Positions 12,339 through 26,439 of a stretch of 64,000 bases of DNA are shown here, piece by piece. Numbering within the stretch: position 1 is the first letter of the stretch; every line of letters starts with the position of its first letter. The stretch comes from Ptychomitrium polyphyllum (taxonomy: Eukaryota), in assembly GCA_973851085.1 (NCBI GenBank), contig OZ316775.1, positions 21,700,001 through 21,764,000 of the forward strand, in the 5' to 3' direction. The notes beneath the pieces were generated by a model that made no database searches, had not been told where the DNA came from, and worked only from the letters and a program-made list of their open reading frames with translations. The position numbers and the translations under genes are program-made.

Positions 12339-13183
12339 ATGAAGCCAACTGCGAGGAAGCTGGACATAGTGCTGCGCTCCGCAGCGGGGTTAAAGAAGGT
12401 GAACACGAGCCGGATGGCAGCATACGCAGTGGCGTGGATCGAGCCGAGCTTGAGGGTGCCTTCGCCCAAGGACAAACGACATGGTCGCAACCCCGTGTGG
12501 GACACCACTATCTCCATGACACTTGACGAGCGCATCTTGAGCCAAGCAGGGAAGCGCTTGCACATCGAGCTCCTTGGGCAAGGGCTGGTGTCCACCAAGC
12601 CCATCGGTTTCGTCACCGTCGACATGACCGATATTCTCTTGCAGGGCTCTGAGGGCGCCGCTGTGAGAGCGCCATTTCACGATTATCCGGTACCAACACA
12701 ATTTTCTCTTATAGATTTACTTCAAGTTTCATTTATTGAAATGCAATATTTGTTGTCGTAGTACTTGACTTGGAATAAGTAGATTTTATGTTCAAAATGT
12801 AGGTGACTAGGCGTTCGGGAAAGCAGCAGGGCATTCTCAACTTCGAGCTTTGCTTGCAAGCATCACCAACACACACCCCTGGTGTAGTCCAGAAAGAGTT
12901 TAATAGGGAAGCAGCTTCTTCAGCAGAATCAAATCCTAATTCTGCACCTTCTCAAGCCCAACATCAACGAGACTTGAGCATGGAGCCACCACAGTATGAC
13001 ATGGGCAGTCATGAGTTCTCTCGCAAGTTCAAACTGGCGCCTTTGAGGGAATCCGATGACATGGGCTATGAGTTTGCGCAGGCCACGGCTACTACTTCGA
13101 GAGGTTTTGATGGTTCGGAGCATGAGAAGATCTCTCTTCTGGATTATTATGATAGAGCGACAAATGTATCCCTATTCCATTAG
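12339..13183 (+). CDS. C2-domain (SRC2/BAP-like) calcium/lipid-binding protein, 2 exons
   Basis: Exons 12339-12689 and 12803-13183 (phase 0). Motifs LDIVLRSAAGLKKVN, AYAVAWIEP, DKRHGRNPVWD, KPIGFVTV, RRSGKQQGILNF are typical of SRC2-type C2 domains. Low-complexity tail. Confidence 0.85.
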
Positions 13184-16100
13184 AATCAGCATCACAGAAA
13201 CCAACTTCTTAAATGGAAATTAGATCAGTTGGATGAATTTGCCTGCTAGATTTCTTTTGGCTTATCATCCCCAACATAACCTCATCATGGTATGTCTCGA
13301 GCGCTGGCTGTTTTTGCCTTCACAGAGGGAAGGAGTATTTGCTCACTATATAGCTGTAAATTATTGCAAATACTAAGCTACATCATGAGATTAGTGCGCA
13401 CAAATGTGAACTAGGGTGCTAAGAGACTGCTGTGGAAGTTTCGTGAACTACTTTAATGTAATTATCTCAGATTACAGTCCATATTCGCAACGGCGTCCAT
13501 TGCAAAGTTGAGTTCGTATCTATCGCAGGACGAACTGCTTGTGTTGATCTTGCAGAATCAGAAGTCACATCAACTACTTGCTTGGCAGAGGAAGTAGAAT
13601 CTAAAAAGTAGAGACTGAGAACCTACATTGAAAAATGCGTAGACATTAGATTTATTTAGTTATGTCAAGACTTGAAAATTTTGGAACTTGTGGCTGCTGT
13701 GAAACATAGATCTGAAGATTTAAACGTTCAAACACCTTGTAAATCAAGCACAAGGGTATTGGCAAAGGTCATGAATTTTCTTTCCTGGTTCTTATTTCAC
13801 ACAATTTCTTCTGCACTTAGTGCATTTTCTAGACCAAGTTGACACAATATAGGTAGAGAATTGGATACACTGTTTCTCGATTATATGAAGGTCAGCAATG
13901 GTCTTCCTCGCAACATAACTTGAATTTAGAAATTATTGTATGAAGCACTTCAATTCCAGAAATGAGCGAAAAGTATTCACTCTTGGCACCATGCAGTTAG
14001 AAAGTAACTAGAGTTCTATCCTGCATAAACTTGACCTTGAGGCTGCAACTGGGCATCGTCCAATAAAGAAGTCTTGAAATACATGCTCCAATGCGGAAAT
14101 GATCATCGGAGACACCATGATTAACTTGATACAAGATTATTATTGTTATAATATTTGGACTAATTCTAGCTTCAGATTGGTGGACAATATTGCTGGTAAC
14201 TGCAGTCAGTCAGTTGCAAGTGTTGTGCATTGCTCCGAAAGTGAACCCTTCAGTGTCAGTAGTCCGAAAGTCGGCATGTCTGTGTTGGAGGATTAGCACG
14301 TCAGCACCTACCCTGCAGCCCCATACTGCTTGTGAGGTCCTGCATTGGTTTCCCATGGTGGGGCATAATCTCTTCCTGATGAATCACCATATGAACATCC
14401 CAAGGAAGTACGACACAGCCCTGCTCCGGGCGACCCGAAATATGCGTATCCACCAAGATATTGTTGCAGTGAGATGCAAGCGTACGCTTGCAAATGATAT
14501 TCAAGTTCATGATGCCCGTTGAGAAACTACATCTGAAGGTGATGTCCAGCCCGATGTGTGTGACCCATGTGCTGTACAGCCTGAAGCTGAAGCTACCTCG
14601 GTGCTGGCCACGGTTCGTTTTCTTCCTCCCAAGTTACATGACTCGACTTTGGGAGAATGATATCATTAGAGTTGAGAAGAGAACGCCTGAAGCAACGCAG
14701 AGGATCAGCTCAATCACCTCCGTTGCTGGTGCCCTATTCTCGAGACTCGAAAGAGTCAGACGTCTCCAAGTTGCAAGATCTGCCGTTTTCTTTTCTTTGC
14801 ACCAGATGCCACATACGGTGACGATCAACACTCACACTAGAAGAAAATGGCCTGGTTGGTACACTGAGTAAGCTTTTGTACAGAAATGACAAACTACGCG
14901 GTGCACAAAACGAGAGACTGCGTTCAGCATACTTGACAGGGTGGCAGTCCCGTAGTACTCGTCGCCCTGATGACCTATATGCCCTGGATCTTCACTACTA
15001 CACTAATAACTTTAACTAAAATGTTACAATGTCTAGGAGTAGAGCCATTCAAGGAGGACTTACCTCCGTGGTTTGTTCACCATTAGATGTAGGTATTACT
15101 TTTTCGGATCCTAGGAAATCTTCTTTCATGAAGTGTACGGTTTGATTTCATTGGTTTTATTTGTTGCCAACTTTTGTTCTCTTATTCATAAAGAGCAATA
15201 TATTACAAGGCAATTGCCAGTGTTTCTGTTTGTATTCTTCCAATGCGTGTACCATTCATACCTTGACATCATTAGTAAATGTTCAAATATTGAATAGCAT
15301 GATTATTCATCATAGGTGGATACAAGTGGAATTGCTGGTCTAAATCTGCCAACCTTGTCATTTCTTGAACGGTCCAGAATTGATGTGCTCTTGATCATAT
15401 TATACACTCAAGTCTAGAAATCTGCATGCTAAGCACTACTTACAATCTGTAAAAAACAACTATAAACCCTACAAATCAGAAAGCAAAGAATCGAGGACAA
15501 ATAAATAATTAAGAAATATTTGCAATTCAATAATACTTCTTGAAAACTAGCAAATACATTTGTGCAGAAACTAAAAAATCCATTTCATAACTCCTTCACA
15601 AAAGTATGCATTCTAAAATAAATCCTAGTGCAAATCTCTAGCACAAAAAGAAATAAATCACTTCAAAAATGCATTAATACTTTGCTTATGTTCTGGCACC
15701 TTTGGCTTCAGTTCCGACCGCCCACCACTAGCAAAGACACCGCACATGAACACTTTCAATGAATTGGCATCTGTCCTCGTACAAAGCACAAGCAATCCTC
15801 TAGTCCCCTTTAATGCTGCACCTCCTTCACAGAAACTGGGTCAGCGGGGTCATCCTCTTTTTCAAAGTCTCATCGTTGCCACAAAGCTCCTCTCCTCAAC
15901 CTTTGCCCTCACTTTGACAACAACACCATGTTAACTGCCATGGTTACAATACCATGACAACCTCGCTCTCACTACAAACTCTTCTTCACACATCTCAATG
16001 AGACTCTTCTTCACACATCTCAATGAGCTCATAAGCTCAGCAACCATGACCACCCCTTGCAGGCTTATGCACAGGCTGCACCACCTTTGTGCCATCTCTT

Positions 16101-18061
16101 CTCTTTTTATCTATTCCCATTCCATTTCCACTCTTCTCATTTTCCTCTCTTCTTTTCTTGCCATCTGTTCTAAATCCTAAATCTTAAAACTTTATATCTT
16201 AAATCCAAAATTTCAATCCAATTCCATAGTATTCCAATTAAAGTAAAAACAACACATTCAACTTCCATTATTCAAATACTAAGTTTCCATCAACATTTAA
16301 ATTGCCCAATGTTGTAAATCATACAAAACTTCCGTACTTAGAAAGATGCAGAGAAATCAATCCAACACAAAACAAACAATCATTTTGGAATATTTGCTCT
16401 TTCCAATTTATTTGAAATTCAATATACTTTTCTTTAGTTCCTATTATAAGAGCCCAAAAATATAGGCCAAAACGAAGATAACTTAGGATGTATCATTGGA
16501 TCATTATAAATGAAATTTAAGTCCCAATTGTCAAAATGCAAGCAATGATGTGTAAAAAATATTCACATAGGTAGAGTTGTTAAGTAAAAGAGCCCTAAGC
16601 TTTCAACATATTTGTATGATTAGTATTTGGTAGACAAAATCTTTATTAATAATATAATATGTATTAAATAAATAACAAAGGATTAATCACAATATTTCAT
16701 TGGAACATTCATTTCAATTTTAATTCTTTGTTGAAGTCTTTAGACTATAGTGGATAAAGGTAATACTTGTCATTTATACTATGAAAATCTACTTTATAAT
16801 CATTCATTCAAAACTAAGTTCATAAAAATTTATATGAATTATTTAGATACAAAGACAAGATTGATGAATAAGCAAATTTAGTATAGCAGCTACTAATAGT
16901 GTCAAGGCTACAAAGTTTATTATAAAGCATATAGCAGAAGCAGGAATTTAGTGAAAAGGTTCAAAAAGTCTTGTTCAAGGTTTATGCATATATAATTTAT
17001 AATGATATTCACCAATTGCCATTGACAAAGAATTAAATCCGGATGATAGTTGTTGATTTATTAGTTCAAATAATGGATATAGATCTAAAAGTATACAATC
17101 TAAAATATAGTATTTAAACCCACAATAAAAAGAATTGAAGATTAATGCATCTTATATAATAAATCAAGTTTTGTTTAAAGACCATTAAAGTGTATTTCTT
17201 CTATAGCATAGTGAAATATAGTTTCTCTATATATTTCTAGATTATTATAAGTATTCTTCCACTTTCAACTTTTGTAGTTCTAAACTATTTGTATACTTTT
17301 ATTTGGTAGTTAATAATCATAACATCTAAATTCTTCCAAGTATTTTCACACTGTCAATTCTTGTTAGTTTTAAGCTTCTCGTATTCTGTTCTTTATTAGT
17401 TATCAACTTTAATATTGCACCTACAAGATCTGTTGTTGCTTCTATACTACTCGCTGTTGCAACTACATGATCCGCTACTATCCTTAAATGATCCGCTAGT
17501 GCCCTTACACGACCTAATATCATCTTTACACAACGTGCCGTCACACCTAAGCAATCCATTATTACTCATACTTAATCTACCGTTGTGTTTTTGCATTGTG
17601 CTAATCCTACAAGGATCTACCATTGCATAATCAATACTTGTTACTACACGCTTAATTTCTGCCTTTACTTGCCTAATATTTGTATTTATGCATATGCAAT
17701 TCACCGTTACTTTTCTTCTAATTGGATAAGTACCATCCGTGGTTGCCATTTGCACTTACTTCCACCCGAGTTTTAAGTCTTCAAACCACGAGCTTTGTAG
17801 ATCCTTGCCTAACATTAGATGATAGAGGAAATAACATTATAAGAGTGTTTTCAATGCCTTTTAGCTTATTATTACATAATTTGAAGGAAAATACCATGGA
17901 TGGCGGTCAAAAAAGAAAGAAAAAAGTGATTCAAAGGAATTGAATGAAAGGGACTATTTATTTTTTTTAAATTGACAATACTATTGCATCTAAAATTTTA
18001 AGCATCTTGGAAATGGCACAAGATTCTCAATCCATGGTTTTTCAAAATTTGCAAATAATAT

Positions 18062-18390
18062 GTGGAAAGGTGCAACATAGACAAGTTTTTTTCAAAGCTT
18101 CACTACAACTTAAATTATGAAGGGAATAGGGCAAATCTCCATAACTATCACCTAAGTCCATTTATAAAGGGCTATATGCCAAAGGGTCATTGGAATGAAG
18201 CACATTTTCTATTGGCAAGGATGGACTATGTTGAGGTGATACTTGGAAAAAAAGTGGATTGGAAAATCATTTTTTTAGACAAAAAATCCACCCACATCAA
18301 GCCTCTAGTGGCTAGAGTTATTCCATATAGAATGCGTAAATTTTCCAAGGATAGACTTAGCATATTTAGTGGAAAAAATACCAGATATAT
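18062..18390 (+). pseudogene. Degenerate, probably TE-derived ORF interrupted by the solo LTR
   Basis: AT-rich ORF (..HFLLARMDYVEVILGKKVDW..KNTRY) is cut at 18390 by the LTR. Removing the LTR and one target-site copy continues the frame as ..NTRYTLQELVNIIK*. No family recognised. Confidence 0.3.
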
Positions 18391-19535
18391 TGTCGCGCAC
18401 CTCGCCCTAAGGAGTGCCCGCAACACTAAGGGCAGAAGGGGGACCCCGAAGTGACGTCCGGAACTTGTGGCGCCGATAGTGAGGAGAACCAAGTGGGCCT
18501 AACATGGGAAGGACTTCTAGAGGGAGAAATATCCTTGCCCATGTAGATCAAGGGCCACAAGGGATAAATCGTGGGCATTAAAAGAATCATGAAGAGCTGA
18601 TTCTAGAATGCTAAGGATTGCCCAAATCGGATATGGGAGCTAAAAGTTATGGCACCCCAAAGTTGGGGTTGCCAAGGGGCTATTCTGGAGTGTGGCAGCC
18701 CTACACAGTGACTGTGCTGGAGTGGGATAGTCCAGGGAGGGACTCCCCGGGAGTCCCGAACCTTGGGAGAGGCGTATCTTCCACAATACTAATTCAAATC
18801 AGACGTTTGAGGAGTCTATCGGCATCTACGCGAAGAGTAGATGACGATAGAGTGGTCGCTTGATACATTCGGGCACCAAATGAGGAAGATATGGCGCCCT
18901 AAAAGTCCGTTGGGAGTCCCGGAGGCTTCCAGCGGCTAAGTCCCAAGGGGGATCGGGTGGTCTTCCAAAACTCTAGGTGTGTCGGGGTTCAGCTAGCTCC
19001 AGAGGGCTAGGGGGCCTGCCAAATCCCATAGAGAGTACTATAAGGGAGGGCTGGTCCCCCTCTCCACTCCCCTAATGTCCCGGTAGAGACCAAGGATGAG
19101 TCCCGGTTGGTGGAGCTAGTGTTAGGGCTTCACCACGGGGACTCCCACACCATTGTAAGCCGGTGGACGGCCGGTTTCACGAAGGGAACTAGCACGTTCA
19201 AAAGGGTACGCTTGTTACCACTAAATTGGGGTGGTGTCTTCACGCCGGCACCATGATGGCCCGGGGTGATCTTAAGATCACTTGGGCATCATGAATGGTG
19301 GTAAAGAGACACCACTAAGTGCGGTTAGGCTGTGTGGAATGGGAGTAACACCAAGTGAGGCCTTGGACATGAATGGAAGTCCGCACCTAACCATTGGCTA
19401 CTAATAAATTGGGTGTCCTAAGAAAAATGGTAGAAAGACTTGAAAAGTGAGAATGGGGGTTAATCATGTGCATGTGGGGGTGTACAAGGTTGACGTGCGT
19501 GACGCTTGCTAAGGTACATTGCAAGGGTTGCGACA
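18391..19535 (-). mobile_element. Solo LTR of an LTR retrotransposon (probably gypsy-type), 1145 bp
   Basis: GC-rich island in AT-rich flanks. Terminal inverted repeat TGTCGC (18391) ... GCGACA (19535). Flanking 5-mers TATAT and TATAC match at 4 of 5 positions, consistent with a target-site duplication. No internal gag/pol. Strand and superfamily are inferred only. Confidence 0.75.
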
Positions 19536-21234
19536 TATACCCTACAAGAATTGGTCAACATCATCAAATAAGGATGAAAATACAATCTACATCCCATTCA
19601 ATCTTTTAATTCTAATGCCATTGCAATTATTGTCTCCATCACCACCCCCAGTAGTTGACCAATTCTTGTAGATTAAATGACTTATTCTTGGTAGTGACTT
19701 ACAATGACATGAAGGTAGGCTCCTCCAAGATAGACTTTTCAAATGATGATGAAGAAATATTGGAAGCATAATTTGAAAGTACCTTGCAAAACATAGCAGA
19801 GTTGGAAGATGTAGTGGATATGGTACATTTTGGAAGAAAAAAGAAGGATGGAGAAGAAAAGAAAGAATGAAAAATTTAAGAAAATTTCATAGATGCAAGA
19901 AGTGATTGCTGAATGAAAATGAAAATATAAGAAGTAGAAGAGAATATGAGCAATATGAATAAAGTGATACGTTTGCATTGTACAATAGAATTTTTAGTTT
20001 TCTATGATGACTATTTTGCCCAATTTTGTACATCAAGCTAGTCTTTTACTTTAATCAATGTATTTTTTGTAAATGGATTAAAACATTTTTGTAAAAGAAA
20101 TGCACTACCATTTGAGAATATATTAATGATAGTTGAAATTAGAGTTATGAAGAATTTTAACAATCATTTTTTCATTTACCTACCATAATCATTGCACTTA
20201 GTTGAGGTAGGTGGAGAAGCTGCATAGCTTTTTATTTTAAAAATCTTCATTATATTAATGCATGCATGTTGATGTTTATAGAGACATGAAATTTTCATCT
20301 TCTACTATAATATAATACAATAAAGCCCAAACCTATATCTTGAATATAATAAGTGACCAACAGTCAAAATAATTTGCTATAAAAGGATATTAGCCTTTAG
20401 AAATAGTCAACAATGAATGGTACAGTATGTAGAGCATAGACTATGAGTTTTTAAACCTGCAATTGCTGAGTTTCTAGCCTATAGTTGCTAAATTCTAAAA
20501 AATGGTCGCACGGCCTAATTATAAGAAAGAACAATTCATGCAGTGCTGCAATTGGCAAAGCACAATCGCCAAGTTTGTGACGTATAATTGCATGGTTTGG
20601 TATTTGTAGTGGCACAGCTAGATCATGAATCCTTTGTTGCAATTGATAAAGTATAGAAACTTGGTTGCTCAACAACTTATGTAAATTAGGAATATTAAAG
20701 AAAAAGTCCAGAATTCCTGAATGTTGCTTTGAGTCCATTTTTGAATTTGTGACCTAGAATCATAGTTGAATCCCTGCGTTGGATTAAAGAGTTGGACATG
20801 GTACGCGTCATATAATTGCGGAATTATTGCAATTCTTCATTTGTAGCTCACAATGCTTTACTTTATACTCCACAAATTCTAAGATTAAAACTCTCGGATA
20901 TTAGGCTTCAACAATCTATGTAGTGCACTAGTGAAAACCTTGCCATGTCACTCACCAATACAATCACATGTTGAAAACCCAAGTTTAGGAGGCTACCACA
21001 TGACACCATTCAAAGTTGTATTTAGTCCGTGTTTTATAGGAAAAAAGTGAATTGGATGAAGGGAAAGGCAGTTGTACACTACTTGACTCACTTCAACTTA
21101 GGTGATGAATATGAGCATGTTGGATTCCAATATTTATTGTTTTGATGTTATACCACTTTCCATGTGCTATAAATCTGGAGAAATGTACTACACTTGAGTA
21201 TTGAGGTTTGGAGTTGTTGCATATGCGCCCAATA

Positions 21235-21297
21235 CTTCAATGTGACAATATGCTTCAATGTGACAATATGCTTTAATGTGACAATATGCTTCAATGT
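21235..21297. repeat. 18-bp tandem repeat CTTCAATGTGACAATATG x3.5
   Basis: Copies start at 21235, 21253, 21271; partial copy at 21289. Confidence 0.9.
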
Positions 21298-21370
21298 TTC
21301 TTGGCATTTGAAGTGTGATTTTTTGTCTGGCAAAGATTTAACTCTTATTGGCTAATTTGCATGTTTACAG

Positions 21371-23650
21371 GTATTTGGGATTTATGGGGAAGCCTGTTGT
21401 CCTCGTTGTACACTCAGTCAACTGCAGAGAAGGTACAATGCCCGAACCCTTCATCATTCGACAATGTCTACATTATTCTTTCTGTAGTTGTATTCAAACT
21501 TGGTGGGAATTACTTCGCACCTCTCTATTTACATAATTACGATTTTGTCTTCATTGTCGAGTCACAAATAAACTTTAGATTCTGAACTCTTTATTCTGAA
21601 CTTGCTACATTGGTTGTCCTCACTTAGTTGCAGTTTTTGCGAGGAATAATTTCGTTGACGGATTAGGAAATTGTCTGGTTCTATCAAGGAGGTGCATCTG
21701 CAGTACATCTTGATGGTAGGAATGGACTCTCTCACTCCCTACTCTTAACCTGCAATTTAGATACTGTTCTTACCTGTGGCTTGTCATGAGTGAAATTTTC
21801 TGGCAGAATCTGCTTTTTGAGTTGTCTTCGGTGATTTACGTAGACGAAAGTTCTGTCTGTGACATGTGCTACACAACAAAATTGTAAGGAAGGTTGTGCA
21901 CTTGCTCATACCCCTCAATCTGACTTGAATTTTCTGATGAGTTATCTGTTTCTTGCATGGAGTTATATAGATTGGGACCCTTATCGTGACCATGTCCTAG
22001 GAGAAGAGCATCACGACTCCGTAGCAGCTTACAGTAAGCGCTTAAACAGCACAGATGAATCAGTTCAGGAATGTCCAAAAATTCACTGCGTATCCATATG
22101 GAATCTCCTGCGTGCATCCATAGGGATTTTCAGCAATGCCCTTGGGACAAGAGAAGATTGCCAGGGGATTTGAATTTCCCTGAGAAAAATTTCAGATTAT
22201 GACAAAATCATCATTGTGATCATTTTCCACAGGAAAACTCAATTATTTCCTCATACTGTCCTTGATGCATGGCAAAAGCCAGAACCTAGAAGATACATTG
22301 ATTCAGATTGGAGGGACAAAAATGATGTAATTGTCAAAACCTAGTAATCACCGCACAAATCATCTTTACACGCCTCTTGCTTCTGTGCTTGTGCTTTCAA
22401 GGTGGATTACAGATTGGTCGTTTCATTCTCACAATAACAACAACTCTAGACAGATTGCACCTTTGGCAACTGATTGTAGAAAGACTGCGTTCCCTCCCGC
22501 AATGCAACAATCGACGACCAGTGTGTCTGTGGTTGAGGTTGGATTGCTGGAGGATAGACGAGTTTGGACGAGTAACGAACAATACCACAATAGTATAAAC
22601 TCCTACATGTCTAAACGTGATTGTAGTAACATTAGCCCCTACTTTAGATTTTGATAGGTTAGGTCTTAAATCTGATTCATGTGAAATTCCAGCTTCAAAT
22701 CCAGGCAAGCGAAGGTCTGAGGTCGAGCACTCTGCGAGCTCTGCCGGCGACCTGCCTTAGAAGTTGCGCATTGCACATGCGCATGAACTTCCGCAACGGT
22801 GTTATTGCATTTTCACTGCATTCACAGCATGCACGTTTCCTCGGCAAGGGAAACAACGGTGTCACCAGGGATCTTCCCAGAGAATTGCGTGAGCCAGACC
22901 TTGAAGCTCTTCTAAAAGCATCAGTGATTGCAGGGTGACAAATTAATCTTGGAATTGTATTCTATGTTTTCTTTCCTTGAGGTTGTCGTCTTGCTTTTGA
23001 GTATGTTCTTATCTACCCTTGCATAAGTAAACAAGTGATAAGTGAGATTCTGCTAAAATTTCAACAATTACTAGTCCGCAGATTGTAGCCACCGCTGGCC
23101 ACTTTGAAAATGAGACTGGCAATGCTTCAGAGCTTGTTGCAGCTTGTGAACTCCACAAAGCCCTCCTGCAGAAAGAAGCTTGAAGGTTTAATAGATATTC
23201 AGGAATAGATTACAAGCATGCATTTGAAGCTAGTTTTCCATTACTATTAAGATATGCATGAATGAACTTGATGATCTTTTGAACCCAAGCAAGCATTTGA
23301 CAAGTTTTGGTGATCAACATACGGTTGGAGCTCCTTTTATGAGGGCATCAACTTTGTGCACATGACTGAACTGCAATATCGGATGTTTGCAAATGTATCG
23401 AATAGCATTTCATTAGAGGAAATTCAGGAGCGCGATCTGCACTTCGTAAATGACGTGGATGTTGGACCTTAGTAGTATCTGTGGAATTTACTCAACCACA
23501 TTCACCATCTAAAGGAGCAGTTCCGAAGAGTGGATGAAGTACTTGAAGGAACATTGGACGTTATGAAGACAGCAAGTCCAGTTAACGTTAAGCTCAAAAC
23601 TGGGTCTTAGTGACTCAACTACGACCTACACTTAGAACAGATCCTGGATC
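21371..23650 (+). pseudogene. Decayed multi-exon gene of unknown family, with a possible U1/matrin-type C2H2 finger remnant
   Basis: A series of short AG..GT-bounded blocks with protein-like translations (YLGFMGKPVVLVVHSVNCRE; NLLFELSSVIYVDESSVCDMCYTTK; DWDPYRDHVLGEEHH; EIQERDLHFVNDVDVGP**YLWNLLNHIHHLKEQF). In-frame stops and phase conflicts are present. Boundaries are approximate. Confidence 0.4.
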
Positions 23651-24833
23651 AGTCCCAGTACAGCAGCCTCTGAGTAACATACACCAGCTTCTGAGTTGCA
23701 GTATCCGTTGGAGAGATATTGGAGGGTATTGAATTGAGTGTATCAAGTTGAAATAACAAAATTTTTATGAATAAGGTCGGAACGTGGAAGTAAATTGTTT
23801 CCAAATATGAAAATTATAACAAATTTTTTTTAATACGCCAAACTGACTTCTTCGTCAAACACACCCGAACACAAAAACTTTAGAGGTGAATGTCAATTAA
23901 GGTTTGTGGTTGCTCTCTCACAAGTACTTCCTGGTAAGCTTGGTATCAAGCTTACTACAGTAGTTGCCCAGCATTATATAACAGAGTGCTTTCCTTCACA
24001 TTCAAAACAACCGTGTGACCCTTTCAAAGGTCTGCACATCCCAAAATCATTATGATTTAGCCTAGCATGGTTAAGACATATTTTAGGCTAAACCTTTGAG
24101 AAATCTACTTGAAGTTGCACTTTGTAATGTTGCAAGCTGCATCAAATTTTACTCATCAAAAGGCTCGAACTTATGCTGCATATTTGTAACATGCAAAGAG
24201 CACAAACATGACAGAAACACTTTCGTCCACCATTTTCATTGAAGTGCACGTTAAAGTGTACATAGTATCAGATTCTCATAAATGCAAGCTAGCGCAATTA
24301 AATGCATCAGCAGTTGATGGTCACGCCCTGATAAAAGGAATTATGTATCTTAAGAATTGTATCACAATCACAAAAGGGACCTTAATTGAAGTCACAGTCC
24401 ATCTCAATCTAAAAATATCTACATTATAATGTAATTGGATCATAGGAGCCCACAATCATTCATGGGCTCACGAATGTCTGAATCGTTCTCCACTTGAGCA
24501 TGGTAAAAATCCCAATCGTTGAGGTCTTACAAGGATCGCCTCTCTTCTATCTGCTTATCTCGCTAGGGTAAGTTACTAATGTCCAGAACTAAATTTCTCG
24601 ACATATGGTCAAGTATTTTAAGACATTTGAAGTTTTAGTCAATCCACTTGCTTTACATTTGAGGAAATATTCGATTTGACCGTGCTTAAATTGCGGATTT
24701 ACTTTCAGAAGTAATTTTGCGTAATTTGAAGTTTATGATGCAGAGTTCACTGTCACGAAAGGTTAAAAACTTCTTGAAAGTGGAGACGAAATAAATCGAG
24801 TGAATGAATGAAAGAACGAATGAATGAATGCAC

Positions 24834-26439
24834 CTAGTGAGCATTAATCTTGTCGGTAATCTTCGTGGATGGGTCACGTTCCCGGACATGCACTCGGAGA
24901 CCATTACTGAACTTCGGAATAGGGAAGAAGCTCATCTTTTCTGGCCCACATGATTCCAAGTCGAACTTCGTCACGAGGTGGTGAAGAAATATGCAAAGCT
25001 CCACACGGGCGAGTTCTGCTCCTGGACAATATCGTGGGCCACCGCCGAACGCCAGTAGTGGCGGCTTCTTCGCCGGAATCATCACCTCATCCTGATGTCG
25101 CCATGGATTGAACTCACTCGGGTTCTCGAAGTACGCAGGATCATGATGCGCTTCTCGGATCGCGCATACAGTCTTCCAACCTTTCGGTATCACAAATCCA
25201 TTCAACTGCACGTCCTCGGTCGCTTCACGCCATAGCAGCGTAACAGGATTCGCGAGTCGCAACGTCTCGGTTATGACCGACTGCGTGAACCGCATGTTCT
25301 TGTAATCATCCCAAGTTAGACCTTTGTCTTCAAATTTCGAAATTCGGATGTTCTCGTGCTCGGCACGAAGCTCGTTCAATACTTGCGGGTTTTTCATAAT
25401 GTATTTTACGGCAAACAGCATCGCGGAAGCCACCGTCTCGTGCCCGGCAAACAACATCCCCAGCACATGACACCGAGTCTGCTCGAGCAACTTCTTTTCA
25501 GTCATCGCCGGTAAGTTTTGACTACGCATGTACTCCATGTAATCAGCATACTGGTCTTCATCACCAACTGGCCGCGGCTGGCTTACAACATCGCGCTCCA
25601 AAGTTTCCACAATGTGAGCGCGCGCTTGCACAGCTTTGGTGAAGTTAGTCCGGGGTAGAGCAATCGGCAAGGCAAACAGCCCCTCCGTCAAGGTATAGAA
25701 GTCGTTTCGTAAGGAATCATTAACAGGTCCAGATTTTAGTCTCGATCCGAGAAGATACTGCGCTACAACATTGAACGCCAACTGCAAATCGCACATCATT
25801 CACTTGTCAGAAAATCTAATCGCAGTCATCAAACACAAATGCGGAGAACGTCATTGTATCTACTTTACTTTGGTCAAGAGTGGTTGTGATGCTTACAGTT
25901 TTCGTCTCCTCACGAATGCTAACACAGTCCTTCACCGCCCATGTATTCAGATTCTCCAACACGAGCTTCTCGATCATAGGAATCCGCTCCTTAAGCAACT
26001 CAACACGAAGACTATTCACCAAAAACTTCCGAGTACTCTTCCACTTCTCACCATGAATACTAAGCGCGGTGAACTCTCCCAAAACTTTCTGGAACGACTT
26101 CGGATAGCCCGTAACGAACTGCTTCCCGTCGTGGTTCAGCACCCACTTGATCGTGTCAGCCTTCGTCGTCACAACGCAGAACGCACCCATCAACTTCGAC
26201 TTGAACATCTCCCCATACTTCTGGCGGCGCTCCGCCATGAACGTCGGCGTCGATGTCATCATACTAGACATATACTTCAGGGTCTCTCCCACAAGAGGCA
26301 GCCCGAACGACCCGCCCGGCAGCCGTTTGTTGATCCTCTCATGCACTCCGTTTCGCGGCCATAGCTGCCAAATTATCAACATCGACACACAGACGAAGGC
26401 CACTGTTTCCAGCCCTTGCAGCAACAACTTCAACTCCAT
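24834..26439 (-). CDS. Cytochrome P450, CYP85 clan, about 496 aa, 2 exons
   Basis: Exons 26439-25897 and 25781-24834 (phase 0). N-terminal TM helix, LPGGSFGLPLVGETL hinge, I-helix LFAGHETV, K-helix ETLR, FNPWR, heme motif FGGGPRYCPG. Confidence 0.95.

Noticed and set aside
13900..14990. Coding-like composition with several 60-130 aa ORFs
   Set aside because: No recognisable domain in any frame, and frames are interrupted.
15690..17780. Short ORFs (including the Cys-rich 17447-17755) and a 24-bp duplication near 15979-16027
   Set aside because: They lie in an AT-rich, probably TE-derived block, with no diagnostic transposase, RT or host-gene motifs.
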